The notes under the pieces are model-generated. The model did not search any database and was not told the origin of the DNA. It saw nothing but the letters and a program-made list of their open reading frames with translations. A stretch of 64,000 bases of DNA from a virus (taxonomy: Duplodnaviria > Heunggongvirae > Uroviricota > Caudoviricetes), in the IMG/VR virus record IMGVR_UViG_2563366840_000011, positions 12,067 through 76,066 of that record. The stretch is one strand, 5' to 3'. Of this stretch, positions 24,573 to 33,966 are shown in pieces (positions within the stretch are counted from its first letter, which is position 1; each line of letters begins with the position of its first letter). The position numbers and the translations under genes were made by a program.

Positions 24573-24599
24573 GTGGCCCTCATCGGGCCACTTTTCGCC
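24573..24599 (+). terminator. Rho-independent terminator downstream of flxA
   Basis: Hairpin gtggccc-tcatc-gggccac at 24573-24591, followed by TTTTCGCC. Confidence 0.65.
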
Positions 24600-24994
24600 A
24601 TCAGCCTTTTCTTTAAAGACATATTATCTTTGTATCATTTCTGATAGTTAACATTACAAGATATAAGTAATGGACGCACTCCCAATTAGTCTATTTAAAT
24701 CGCCACGAGTTTAACTGACAACCCATGATCAATTATGAATTGCAACTATTTCTGTAGTCACTTTTGTGGGGACAGTCCACAAAACTGCCAACTTCCGCTT
24801 CTTGCTCTTAGCGGACATTAGCATAGGCTATTTACCATAACGCCTCATTACGCGCACCGCCCAGACTGACTCAGCGCGTTTCTGGCATATCCCCGGTAAA
24901 ACAAGTAACAAACCACCCGAAAATGAACACCAGAAACGCGACTTAAGAATCTACCCTATGAATGGATATGCACTCAACCGAATCGATCTTGGTT

Positions 24995-26308
24995 TCAATC
25001 TTTTTTATCGGGATCAGGCTTCTTTTTAGGTAACTTCGGGGGCTTAACTTGCTGATGACTTTGCGTTCGGCGCGTAAGCCAGGGATGGTCAGCTTTAGGT
25101 TTAACATAGTATTTTGAGCGTAAATCAATACGGGCATTATCCACTCGTTCATGGACACTCTTTTCATCATCCAGTGGTATAGGCTCCGGGCCATCAACAT
25201 ACTTTTCCCAGCCCAGCGCTTTCCCGTCATACAGAACGTTAATTTCACCGTCAAAGTTCTCGCATACAGTAACAACCGAATGCCTAAGTCGATATCCCCG
25301 GCCCTCACTGCGTACCTGAAACGCACTGCTTTTGTACTGGAAAGTGAGATTTTTAGACAGAACGCGCTTCGCCTGTAGGCTGAAGATATAACCCAGTTCC
25401 TCTTCAGAATGGTGCACATCAAGATGAGCATTATCAGTAGTACGAGGCGACGTAGCGAACCGGTTGTTATAGGCTTCAATAAAGGTCGGCAACCATGCAT
25501 TTGCTGTTTCAATATCACTGATATTCTGAAGCCGCATTTCTTTGACCAGCCTGTCCTGTAGTGTCTGATTGGCGCGCTCTACCCGCCCTTTTGCCTGCGG
25601 GCTGTTGGCATGGATTGGCTCGATGCCCAGTGTCTTTATCGCACGAGTGAACTGGGTCAGCTCACCTTCCCGCTCTGGGTTATTTACCCTGAATATACTG
25701 TGTCTATCAGAGTAGAGAGCGAGCGGTACGCCATGATCATTAAGGTAACCCCGGAGGGTTTCCATGTAAGCCCGGGTTGTTTCAGCAGGCACAAAACGCA
25801 ACGCCATCAACGCACTGGTGGCATCATCAATGAAAACGATCAGTGTACATCTGGGGCCTCGATTTTCAAACCAGTCATGAGGTGAGCCATCAATCTGGAT
25901 CAGTTCACCGTAAGATGGTCGTCGCATGCGGCGTTGATATATACGGGCAATTTTACGACGGCGTTCACGCCATAACCCCTCTTCTATCATCCACTTTCTG
26001 AGAGTTTCAACGGATAAAGATAAACCGTGTATCTCGCGCAATTTTTCGCACGCAAACGTAGGTCCAAAATCAGCGTAACGGCCTTTGAGGAGTGAAATTA
26101 CTGTTGCTCTGAATTCAGTAGAAAAGGAATTATTAGGACGCTTTCCACGTCGGTGGGAAACCAGACCAGAAGGCCCTTCATTTCTATACCGTTGCACCAG
26201 ACGTTTAACCTGCCGAATAGAAATGCCAATGCGTGCCGCAGCTTGTTCCTGAATAATCTGAAGTCGATGGAGTTCCTTATGACTCATCGTAACAGTCTCT
26301 TTGATCAT
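24995..26308 (-). CDS. DDE (integrase-core type) transposase of an unclassified IS element
   Basis: 437-aa ORF with N-terminal HTH-like region, then IQIDGSPHDWF..., LYSDRHSIF..., ANSPQAKGRVERANQTLQ (DDE/rve-like); element ends not resolved. Confidence 0.65.
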   Translation of the reverse strand: MIKETVTMSHKELHRLQIIQEQAAARIGISIRQVKRLVQRYRNEGPSGLVSHRRGKRPNNSFSTEFRATVISLLKGRYADFGPTFACEKLREIHGLSLSVETLRKWMIEEGLWRERRRKIARIYQRRMRRPSYGELIQIDGSPHDWFENRGPRCTLIVFIDDATSALMALRFVPAETTRAYMETLRGYLNDHGVPLALYSDRHSIFRVNNPEREGELTQFTRAIKTLGIEPIHANSPQAKGRVERANQTLQDRLVKEMRLQNISDIETANAWLPTFIEAYNNRFATSPRTTDNAHLDVHHSEEELGYIFSLQAKRVLSKNLTFQYKSSAFQVRSEGRGYRLRHSVVTVCENFDGEINVLYDGKALGWEKYVDGPEPIPLDDEKSVHERVDNARIDLRSKYYVKPKADHPWLTRRTQSHQQVKPPKLPKKKPDPDKKD

Positions 26309-26949
26309 GAAAAATCCCCCAGAGAATTGTCTGGGGACATTTTAGAATGGTTCAAAGGGGACATTACAGCTTGGTGTTAACAATAGCCTGCTTCTCCGTG
26401 CCTTTCGGCACGTAAGAGGCTAACCTACATGTGTCTAGCATGAAATTGGCCTCAGATTAATGTTAAGCGTCTTGCAGGACGCGTAATGTTAACTGGGGCT
26501 TTTCTCTATCTGCCGTTGGTGTCCATGCCCGAGGCAGATAGCCTCAAGCACCCGCAGTCATTCTACTTAACTAAGATTTCCCCGCAAACCGTTTTTGTCC
26601 AGCACAGTAAATATCCAACTAAACCAATGGAGTTCGCTGTATTTACCGCCAGTATTCAATGCACATGACCGCCATGAACACCCCTAAAAAAAGGGCATTT
26701 ATATATCCAAATATTAATATCAAAACATCAACTTTTTCCATATACCTTGCTGTGAAGATGATGGGCATACATGATGCGAACAACCAGAACGCAACAAACA
26801 AAAACTGCAATGCGTTTTTCATTATTCCTCCTACAATCAATGTGCAATTACATTTAAACACACCTCAATTTGGCCGGACATATAAATATCTAAACCAGAA
26901 AAAATCACTTACATAGCGTTACAAACTCTTTAGTCTAAAGGTTCATCGT

Positions 26950-27750
26950 AAAACATTCCCCATACTTATCAGTCCGTTCCGCGCCAGGTAGCTCATTGCC
27001 TTATCTGGCAACCTGTAATCAGGTTTCCGCTTTTTCAGTTGGCTGGTCGTTTAACCGACATAGTTAATCCATTAATCTAGTTGCCGGATGTTGGTGGATT
27101 TTCGCGTTTTAGTTGTTCATAAAAGTGCACAGCTTTAACCAGTTCTTCTGATGTAACTGGGACTGGTGAGGCAGTGAATAAGGCCTGAATTTGATAGTTC
27201 GGCCTGTCGTTACAATCCTCTTTTTTCGGTACATATTTCCAGTCACCAGACCACTACTTCCCCTGAAAGTCCGTAACGCCTTTTTTCACGTAGCGATATC
27301 GCCATGCCACTGGTTTTGCTTGCCCCGCCGTTTCATGCCCTTCCTGATAATTAATCTCGCTCATTCATCGCCCCACTCATCACAATATGCTTCGACCGGA
27401 GTTTTTCCCGCTTCATAGTCATCACGCTAGGATTCGACATCAGCAGCACTTCCACCGCGTAACTCACCATAGTCCATTAATAGTTCATCCCGCTCTTCAA
27501 AACTGATGTTATATTTAGCTGAACAAAAATCAGCCACTTTGTTCTTCCTCATCGTCTTTTATTTCGTGGTATGAGTAATTGCAGTAGTTAAAGAAAATTT
27601 CTTATGCTCCGTCATGAATTTCCTCAGGTGTTGCGTCATCGTCCACTTCGAATACATCCTCAAAATCTCCACCAGCTATTCCCGTTTCAATAATAATTTT
27701 GAACTTTCGCATTTCACTACCGCCCTTTCGGGCGGCCTCCTGATGTTCTG
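26950..27750 (-). pseudogene. Chain of frameshifted/interrupted small ORFs (decayed phage accessory genes)
   Basis: Minus-strand segments such as MRKFKIIIETGIAGGDFEDVFEVDDDATPEEIHDGA, ...KYNISFEERDELLMDYGELRGGSAADVES, ...AKPVAWRYRYVKKGVTDFQGK | WSGDWKYVPKKEDCNDRPNYQIQ..., separated by stops and frame changes. Confidence 0.4.
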
Positions 27751-28127
27751 AGGGTGCAGAAATCCATCCGGTTAAGGATTAAATTTTATTTACAGAACTG
27801 AATTTAATTATTCAGATATACGTATCTGTAGCCTTACGAATCTACTCACTGGATGCCTCTTTCATAAAAATAATCCAGTGGGTTTTATCGTTTTTTCCCC
27901 TGTTCGTTGACAGATAACAGGTTTTCTGTCTGTCAGTGCCAGAATCTGGCTTACCGGTATTTGCGTTTCATTCCATTAAAAAATCAGAACGCCGTGCGGC
28001 CTCAACACCCGAAAGGCTTCTTTAAATCTCTGTCGCGAATCATCACGCCAGGCATCTTTATTCAGCCGTCCATATTTCTTTCCCATCCAGGCGTTATCAC
28101 CAACACTCTCAAGGTAATGACTCCAAC

Positions 28128-28631
28128 TTATTGATAGTGTTTTATGTTCAGATAATGCCCGATGACTTTGTCATGCAGCTCCACCGATTTTGAGAACGAC
28201 AGCGACTTCCGTCCCAGCCGTGCCAGGTGCTGCCTCAGATTCAGGTTATGCCGCTCAATTCGCTGCGTATATCGCTTGCTGATTACGTGCAGCCTTCCCT
28301 TCAGGCGGGATTCATACAGCGGCCAGCCATCCGTCATCCATATCACCACGTCAAAGGGTGACAGCAGGCTCATAAGACGCCCCAGCGTCGCCATAGTGCG
28401 TTCACCGAATATGTGCGCAACAACCGTCTTCCGGAGCCTGTCATACGCGTAAAACAGCCAGCGCTGGCGCGATTTAGCCCCGACATAGCCCCACTGTTCG
28501 TCCATTTCCGCGCAGACGATGACGTCACTGCCCGGCTGTATGCGCGAGGTTACCGACTGCGGCCTGAGTTTTTTAAATGGCGGAAAATCGTGTTGAGGCC
28601 AACGCCCATAATGCGGGCGGTTGCCCGGCAT
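28128..28631 (-). CDS. insB: IS1 transposase InsB
   Basis: 167-aa [67 protein letters not shown]... Confidence 0.95.
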   Translation of the reverse strand: MPGNRPHYGRWPQHDFPPFKKLRPQSVTSRIQPGSDVIVCAEMDEQWGYVGAKSRQRWLFYAYDRLRKTVVAHIFGERTMATLGRLMSLLSPFDVVIWMTDGWPLYESRLKGRLHVISKRYTQRIERHNLNLRQHLARLGRKSLSFSKSVELHDKVIGHYLNIKHYQ

Positions 28632-28825
28632 CCAACGCCATTCATGGCCATATCAATGATTTTCTGGTGCGTACCGGGTTGAGAAGCGGTGTAAGTGAAC
28701 TGCAGTTGCCATGTTTTACGGCAGTGAAAGCAGAGATAGCGCTGATGTCCGGCGGTGCTTTTGCCGTTACGCACCACCCCGTCAGTAGCTGAACAGGAGG
28801 GACAGCTGATAGAAACAGAAGCCAC
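28550..28825 (-). CDS. insA: IS1 protein InsA
   Basis: 91-aa [54 protein letters not shown]...; A-run frameshift site at about 28559-28566. Confidence 0.95.
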   Translation of the reverse strand: MASVSISCPSCSATDGVVRNGKSTAGHQRYLCFHCRKTWQLQFTYTASQPGTHQKIIDMAMNGVGCRATARIMGVGLNTIFRHLKNSGRSR

Positions 28826-28880
28826 TGGAGCACCTCAAAAACACCATCATACACTAAATCAGTAAGTTGGCAGCATCACC

Positions 28881-29221
28881 CCTTTTTCAGTGAAAATCTC
28901 GCCAAGCGGTGTCTGGCTGTTATTAATCGCCCAGTCAGCCCCGCTCTCTTTCGCTTTTTCCAGTCGTTCATCAATGCGATCGGCAACAATCACATTTTTA
29001 ACGTTATAGACGCCTTTTAATACCTGAACGATCGTCAGGCCGATTGGACCGGCACCATAAACCAGAACGGTATCATTTTCAGTCGGTTGACCATGTCCGG
29101 TTACGTTAGCCGCAATGGTAAAAGGTTCGATCATTACCGCATATTGATCGGCCACTGCTTCAGGAATTTTCCACGCATTTTTTGCCGGAACCACGGCATA
29201 TTCACTGAAACCACCGTCAGC
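28881..29221 (-). pseudogene. rspB: Internal fragment of rspB-like zinc-dependent alcohol dehydrogenase gene, cut by the Mu-like prophage upstream and IS1 downstream
   Basis: Minus-strand frame DGGFSEYAVVPAKNAWKIPEAVADQYAVMIEPFTIAANVTGHGQPTENDTVLVYGAGPIGL...EIFTEKG runs into the IS1 end; continues the reading frame of the fragment at 63661-64000. Confidence 0.8.
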
Positions 29222-29400
29222 TGTGGGGAGGTGATCGTTTCTGCACTGTGAAGAATCTAGGGAAAAATGCCGGGAAGGCCGATGAATAGAGAGATTGCGT
29301 GGATTCTGTGATTTTGCACTGCAAAAAATAAAATGAGAAAAAATAGCTATTTTTGCGTTTAATTCTGCACTCGAATGAAAGGCTTTAGATCCTTTTTAAA
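29222..29400 (+). repeat. Mu-like left end with repeated candidate transposase-binding motifs
   Basis: GTTTCTGCACTGTGAAG, TTTTGCACTGCAAAAAA and TTCTGCACTCGAATGAAAG within the first ~170 bp; the same TTTTGCACTG-type motif recurs inverted at the right end. Confidence 0.6.
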
Positions 29401-29484
29401 GACCGTTTAAGCATTTTTCGATGCCAAGCACTATACCGTATAGTAGGTTGGTATGTAAGAAGTTGGCTTCAAAATCCATTTCGC

Positions 29485-30054
29485 TTAACCGGCCTTCTTG
29501 TCGTGACTTGTTAGGCCCGCTTCGGCTGTCTGTTGATCAGCCTCAGATGACCCTTTTTTCAGTTGCTCATTCAGCCTAAGCAAACGCTCTTTGTCTTCTA
29601 AGGGGAGATTCATCAGACTCATATCAACATCCTTAACGCTAGCCACAAGACCTACCATGCTGCGAGCGCCTTCCTTAAAGCAGTACTCTAATATTTTTTT
29701 CTGATCATCTGGTTCTAGACTGTCGAAAATCATGTTCCACGCGCATTTAGCAGGGTCTGCATATCCTCTGTGCGCTTCATCAACAGCGATGATGCGATTC
29801 AAATTAGAATCAGCCTCATGCCCAAATGCCAGCCAGTCCAACGTGACATGCTCTTTCGCTGCGATGGCTTGCATGGCAATGAAGGATGGTTCTGTTCCCC
29901 TGCTAAGGTAGTTGTTCAATGTCGAGAATGATAACCCCCAATCTTTTGCCGCAGCCCTTACACTGCGAGTGCCTACGAGAGCTTTTAGTCTCTTGATAAA
30001 GTTTTCTTTTCTCTCTTCATCAAAAGCAAATTCGTTTGCTTTACGGTATCCCAT
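29485..30054 (-). CDS. Prophage repressor (Mu c analog, HTH)
   Basis: 189-aa ORF MGYRKANEFAFDEERKENFIKRLKALVGTRSVRAAAKDWGLSFSTLNNYLSRGTEPS... with HTH-like segment; divergent from ner-A-B. Confidence 0.7.
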   Translation of the reverse strand: MGYRKANEFAFDEERKENFIKRLKALVGTRSVRAAAKDWGLSFSTLNNYLSRGTEPSFIAMQAIAAKEHVTLDWLAFGHEADSNLNRIIAVDEAHRGYADPAKCAWNMIFDSLEPDDQKKILEYCFKEGARSMVGLVASVKDVDMSLMNLPLEDKERLLRLNEQLKKGSSEADQQTAEAGLTSHDKKAG

Positions 30055-30237
30055 TTTCTTTCCTGTTTAACATATTGATTATAAAAGAATTGATTTCAAT
30101 TAGATTCAATCAACCACAAAAAGACAAAAGAAAGAGGTCTTTTTTGCTTTACGTGGTGCAAATTTGGATCAATACTTATCCCAACGGATAACCCCTGCGG
30201 ATTATCCGCCCGGTTAACTTTTTAGGGTAATCGAAGT
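30055..30237. promoter_or_regulatory. Divergent promoter/operator region between repressor and ner
   Basis: AT-rich; repeated TTGATT/TGATTTCAAT/GATTCAATCA motifs and palindrome CGGATAACCCCTGCGGATTATCCG. Confidence 0.5.
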
Positions 30238-30465
30238 ATGGAAAGAAATGAAGTACAGCGTGACTGGCATCGCATTGATATTGTCGCCGAGCTGCACAAG
30301 CGTGGCGTCACTATGCGCGGCCTTTCCGCCAGCGCGGGACTAAAACCCGACACGCTGAAAAATGCGCTGGCACGCTCTTATCCAAAAGGAGAGCGCATTA
30401 TTGCAAATGCTCTCAATTTAGAACCCGCCAGTATCTGGCCAAGCCGTTACAACAAGGACCTGTGA
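30238..30465 (+). CDS. Ner-like DNA-binding protein
   Basis: 75-aa ORF MERNEVQRDWHRIDIVAELHKRGVTMRGLSASAGLKPDTLKNALARSYPKGERIIANALNLEPASIWPSRY; Mu Ner/Nlp-like pattern. Confidence 0.85.
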   Translation: MERNEVQRDWHRIDIVAELHKRGVTMRGLSASAGLKPDTLKNALARSYPKGERIIANALNLEPASIWPSRYNKDL

Positions 30466-30466
30466 C

Positions 30467-32524
30467 ATGTTCGTGACTGTTAACGAATTAGTTGGCGTCC
30501 CTGGATTGCCAACAACACAACAAGGACTGCGATACAGTCTTAAAAAAAGTGCAGGCAACTCCCCTGAACTGGTTCGCAAGCGTGCTGGCAGCAAAGCATT
30601 CGAGTACCACATCGACTGCCTTCCTGAACAGGCGCGTGAAATAGTCAAAGCCCGGCATTATCGGGAGGTGTTGAAACAGTCTGATTGCTCACCCGCTCCA
30701 GCGGCACCAAAGCGGGAAGTCACCACGACCCGTGATGAGCTGGCGTTATTACGGCAGTGCCCGGTATTGCTGGAGCGTGAAGTTTCCGACCTTACCGAAC
30801 GCCAGAAACAGATCGCCGATGCGCGTGCATTATTAGCCGCAGAGGTTGAGCGCCTTCGGGATATCGGTATGTCTCGCGCATCGGCGGTTGAGTTCATCGC
30901 CAAAGAGTCACGCAAGGGTTCACTCCCGGAGAACATCCAGGCTGCGGCTGATATTGCCAATGCCCGTAAAGGCTCCAGCCGCCGTGGCGTGGGGGAAAGA
31001 ACACTCCAGGAATGGCTGTCTGTTTACCTTTCAACCCGCCCTGGTATCGAACGCCTTGCTTTACTGGCCCCAGGCCATCTTAAAGCGCGTAAGCCTGAAC
31101 AGATTAAGTGGCTCCCTGATTTTCTTGCTCACTGGCGGAAACTCTCAGGCCCTTCCCTGGTTGATGCGTGGCGTTCATTCAAGACTGAATGGCAGGCTAT
31201 CTATGCGGGACAGCCAGCGATGCTCGCAGTCTGCCCGTCTTATGATGCCGTTCGCCGTGCGATGGAAAAGTTGCCCAAACGTGAACGCGCTCGCGGCCGT
31301 ATCAGCGGTTCAGCGGCTCTGGCCTTTGAGGTTTACCAGAAACGTGACTGGTCACAGATGCCTGTAAATGGTTGCTGGATTGCGGATGGTAAATCGCTGG
31401 ATATGAAAGTTGCTCATCCGGTCCATGGCCGCCCATTCACGCCCGAACTGACGCTGGTGATTGATGGACGAACCCGCTTCCTGGTGGGCTGGAGCCTGGC
31501 GCTCTCGGAGAACGTCATCGCCGTAGCGGATGCCTATCGCTACGCCATGAAATTCCACGGGAAACCTCTTTTTGTTTATTCGGATAACGGTGGCGGCGAA
31601 ACGAACAAAACGCTGGATGCTGATATCACCGGTATTTTCACCCGCATGGGGATTGATCACCCGACCAGTATTCCTGGCCGACCTCAGTCTCGCGGGATTA
31701 TCGAACGCCTGAACGCCGTAATACCGAGAGCGATCGCCAACAAATTTGATACTTACAACGGATTCGGGGCCGACCGTGAGCATGTCCGGATGACCGGTCG
31801 CGCCATCCAGTCAGCGATTAAGGCTCAGGAGAATGGCCGCGAGCTCACGAGCGTACAGCGTAATGCGCTGCGTAAACTGCCGTCATGGCAGATGCTGCTG
31901 GATACCATTGCCGAGGAAGTCGACAAATACAACAACCTGCATGAGCACAGCGAGTTACCGAAGCGTAATGGTGTTCATATGACGCCAGCACAGTACCGTC
32001 GCGAGGTCCTGGCCACTGAGGGTGACGAGATTGAATATCTGACGGATATCGAACTTCGTGAAGCCTTCATGCCGGAAATGTGCCGTACGGCCCAGAGAGG
32101 CTGGATTGACCTGATGAACAACCAGTATTTCAGCGCTGACCTGATACAGGTCGATGGTGAAGAGGTTCGTGTTGCCTATGACATTCACGACCCTGCCGCC
32201 GTCATCGTTCGCCGTATGGACGGTACTTATGTCTGCACCGCCATCTGGAACGGCAACAAGCGTGCCGCGCTGCCAACCAGCATGATGGATATCGCCGTTG
32301 AGAAACGCCGCCAACGTCGTCTGAAGCGCATTGACGAACAGCGAGAAGAGATTGAAGCAGAGGCGCGAGGACTGCTGCCAGAAAGCGATATGTACCCTGA
32401 TTTCGGCGCATTAATACCATCAGATGCCGAGCGTATTAATGATGACCGGGAACACGTGTTCCTGTTCGAGTCAGAGCGAGAAGAGTGGCTGAAAAGTCAG
32501 GGCAATAAAAAAGCGGCCTTCTGA
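30467..32524 (+). CDS. Mu-type DDE transposase (MuA-like)
   Basis: 685-aa ORF; DDE-core-like segments ...IADGKSLD..., ...VYSDNGGGETN..., ...GRPQSRGIIERLN...; directly follows ner. Confidence 0.9.
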   Translation: MFVTVNELVGVPGLPTTQQGLRYSLKKSAGNSPELVRKRAGSKAFEYHIDCLPEQAREIVKARHYREVLKQSDCSPAPAAPKREVTTTRDELALLRQCPVLLEREVSDLTERQKQIADARALLAAEVERLRDIGMSRASAVEFIAKESRKGSLPENIQAAADIANARKGSSRRGVGERTLQEWLSVYLSTRPGIERLALLAPGHLKARKPEQIKWLPDFLAHWRKLSGPSLVDAWRSFKTEWQAIYAGQPAMLAVCPSYDAVRRAMEKLPKRERARGRISGSAALAFEVYQKRDWSQMPVNGCWIADGKSLDMKVAHPVHGRPFTPELTLVIDGRTRFLVGWSLALSENVIAVADAYRYAMKFHGKPLFVYSDNGGGETNKTLDADITGIFTRMGIDHPTSIPGRPQSRGIIERLNAVIPRAIANKFDTYNGFGADREHVRMTGRAIQSAIKAQENGRELTSVQRNALRKLPSWQMLLDTIAEEVDKYNNLHEHSELPKRNGVHMTPAQYRREVLATEGDEIEYLTDIELREAFMPEMCRTAQRGWIDLMNNQYFSADLIQVDGEEVRVAYDIHDPAAVIVRRMDGTYVCTAIWNGNKRAALPTSMMDIAVEKRRQRRLKRIDEQREEIEAEARGLLPESDMYPDFGALIPSDAERINDDREHVFLFESEREEWLKSQGNKKAAF

Positions 32525-32569
32525 CTGGACATCACAGGCCGCTGATTTACTAAAACAGAGGAAGTAATT

Positions 32570-33463
32570 ATGTCAGCTAAAAATGAACTTGTCGAACTGA
32601 TGAAAGCAAAAGGTCTTAACCAGACGCAGGTCGCCCGCGCTATTGGTAAGAGCTCTGCCGTAATCAGCCAGTACCTGAATAATAAATACGACGGCGATAT
32701 TGCATCGCTGGAAAACGATATTCGTAGCTTTATCGATCGTCAGCATGAAAAAGAGCGCTCGGCACGTATCAGCGTCAAATTTGTTGATACCCCAACAACG
32801 CGCAAAGCCGTTGATGTTATACGCATGGCGCACGTCGAAGGTGATATCAACGTGCTTTACGGCGAAGCCGGTCTGGGCAAGACGATGATTTGCAAAGCCT
32901 ACGTCTCTAAATACCGGGATGCGTTGCTGATTGAGGCCGACCCTGGCTACACCGCACGCGTAATCCTGGAAGAACTCTGCAACCTGCTGGGGCTCAGTAC
33001 CCGCGGCAATATGCATGAACTTAGCGAAGCCTGCATCAACAAGCTGCGCGACTCCGGGCGCGTGCTGATTATTGATGAAGCTGAGAACCTCCCTCTGCGT
33101 GCGCTGGAATCTATCCGCCGCATTCATGACAAAACGGGGATCGGCATCGTCCTGGTTGGTATGCCTCGCCTGATTCTGAACCTCAAGGGCAAACGCGGTG
33201 AGCTCGTACAGCTCTATAGCCGTGTCGGTTTCGCCCTCAACCTCGGGCATAGCCTGCCGGGTGCTGATATTGACGTCATCGCCAGCAGCGTTCTCCCGGA
33301 TGGCCTGAATGAAGACCTGAGCAAAGCGCTGTTCAACGCATCAAAAGGTAATGCCCGCCGACTGTTCAAGCTACTGCGCGGTGCAGTTCGTACCAGTGCA
33401 ATGAATGATGTTCCGGTCAGCGGTCATATCGTCAATCAGATAGCCGAAATGCTGATCCATTAA
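32570..33463 (+). CDS. Transposition ATPase (MuB-like, AAA+)
   Basis: 297-aa ORF with N-terminal HTH-like region and Walker A GEAGLGKT, Walker B LIIDEAE. Confidence 0.88.
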   Translation: MSAKNELVELMKAKGLNQTQVARAIGKSSAVISQYLNNKYDGDIASLENDIRSFIDRQHEKERSARISVKFVDTPTTRKAVDVIRMAHVEGDINVLYGEAGLGKTMICKAYVSKYRDALLIEADPGYTARVILEELCNLLGLSTRGNMHELSEACINKLRDSGRVLIIDEAENLPLRALESIRRIHDKTGIGIVLVGMPRLILNLKGKRGELVQLYSRVGFALNLGHSLPGADIDVIASSVLPDGLNEDLSKALFNASKGNARRLFKLLRGAVRTSAMNDVPVSGHIVNQIAEMLIH

Positions 33464-33483
33464 TCCGGATTTAAGGGGGTTTT

Positions 33484-33762
33484 ATGCTGACTTTAACATC
33501 AGATAACACGCTGGTTTCAGCGCTGTATCGTACCGAAGCTGTTGTCGTTTCCCTCCAGGCTCGTGGCGTGGAAGTGAAAGGCATCGTGGTTCGGGAAGGT
33601 CAGCCGGTCATTCGTATTCAGCGCCATGCCATGTGTGATTACCTGCTCACCAGCGGTAAAGCCAGCTACATCGAATATGGCCAGGGGAAATCGGGTAAAT
33701 ACCGCCAGGGCCTTTTCATCCAGGACGGCTGTCGTGTCGTCTGGTCAGAATCTATTCATTGA
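33484..33762 (+). CDS. Hypothetical early protein
   Basis: 92-aa ORF directly after B; no recognised motif. Confidence 0.45.
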   Translation: MLTLTSDNTLVSALYRTEAVVVSLQARGVEVKGIVVREGQPVIRIQRHAMCDYLLTSGKASYIEYGQGKSGKYRQGLFIQDGCRVVWSESIH

Positions 33763-33774
33763 AGGAGAAAATAA

Positions 33775-33966
33775 GTGGCAAAAGTCGTAATCAGCATAAC
33801 CGATGCACCGCGCGGCATCAGTGTGGAGTGCCAGGTTTTTCCAGATGAAAAAGACAGTGAACTGACCCAGAAGGTCGCAGCCACTGTGGGGTATGGCCTG
33901 GCTGGCCATGTTAACGAAAAAATCCGTAATGCAATCCAGAAAAAGGGGAAGTCCAATGTCCACTGA
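33775..33966 (+). CDS. Hypothetical early protein
   Basis: 63-aa ORF MAKVVISITDAPRGISVECQVFPDEKDSELTQKVAATVGYGLAGHVNEKIRNAIQKKGKSNVH. Confidence 0.4.
   Translation: MAKVVISITDAPRGISVECQVFPDEKDSELTQKVAATVGYGLAGHVNEKIRNAIQKKGKSNVH

Larger units (their letters stand above)
28113..28880 (-). mobile_element. IS1 insertion sequence (768 bp, complete, both terminal inverted repeats present)
   Basis: Ends ggtaatgactccaacttattgat (28113...) and ...atcagtaagttggcagcatcacc (28880) match the IS1 inverted repeats; contains insA and insB; the 9-bp flanks differ (cactctcaa vs cctttttca). Confidence 0.95.

Noticed and set aside
24600-24995. Palindrome TTTTGTGG-ggacagt-CCACAAAA at about 24760-24782 as a terminator
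   Set aside because: It is about 200 bp past flxA, which already has a good terminator at 24573-24599, and lacks a U-tract; noted only as a possible end-proximal feature of the unclassified IS.
27985-28112. Short minus-strand frame ...GDNAWMGKKYGRLNKDAWRDDSRQRFKEAFRVLRPHGVLIF abutting IS1, considered as a methyltransferase fragment
   Set aside because: Only about 44 codons and no diagnostic motif; could not be assigned from sequence alone.
28104-28889. Possible 9-bp target-site duplication flanking IS1
   Set aside because: Flanks cactctcaa and cctttttca do not match; concluded IS1 marks a rearrangement junction rather than a simple insertion.
32573-33250. 225-aa minus-strand ORF overlapping the MuB-like gene
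   Set aside because: Antisense to a gene with clear Walker motifs; no independent support.
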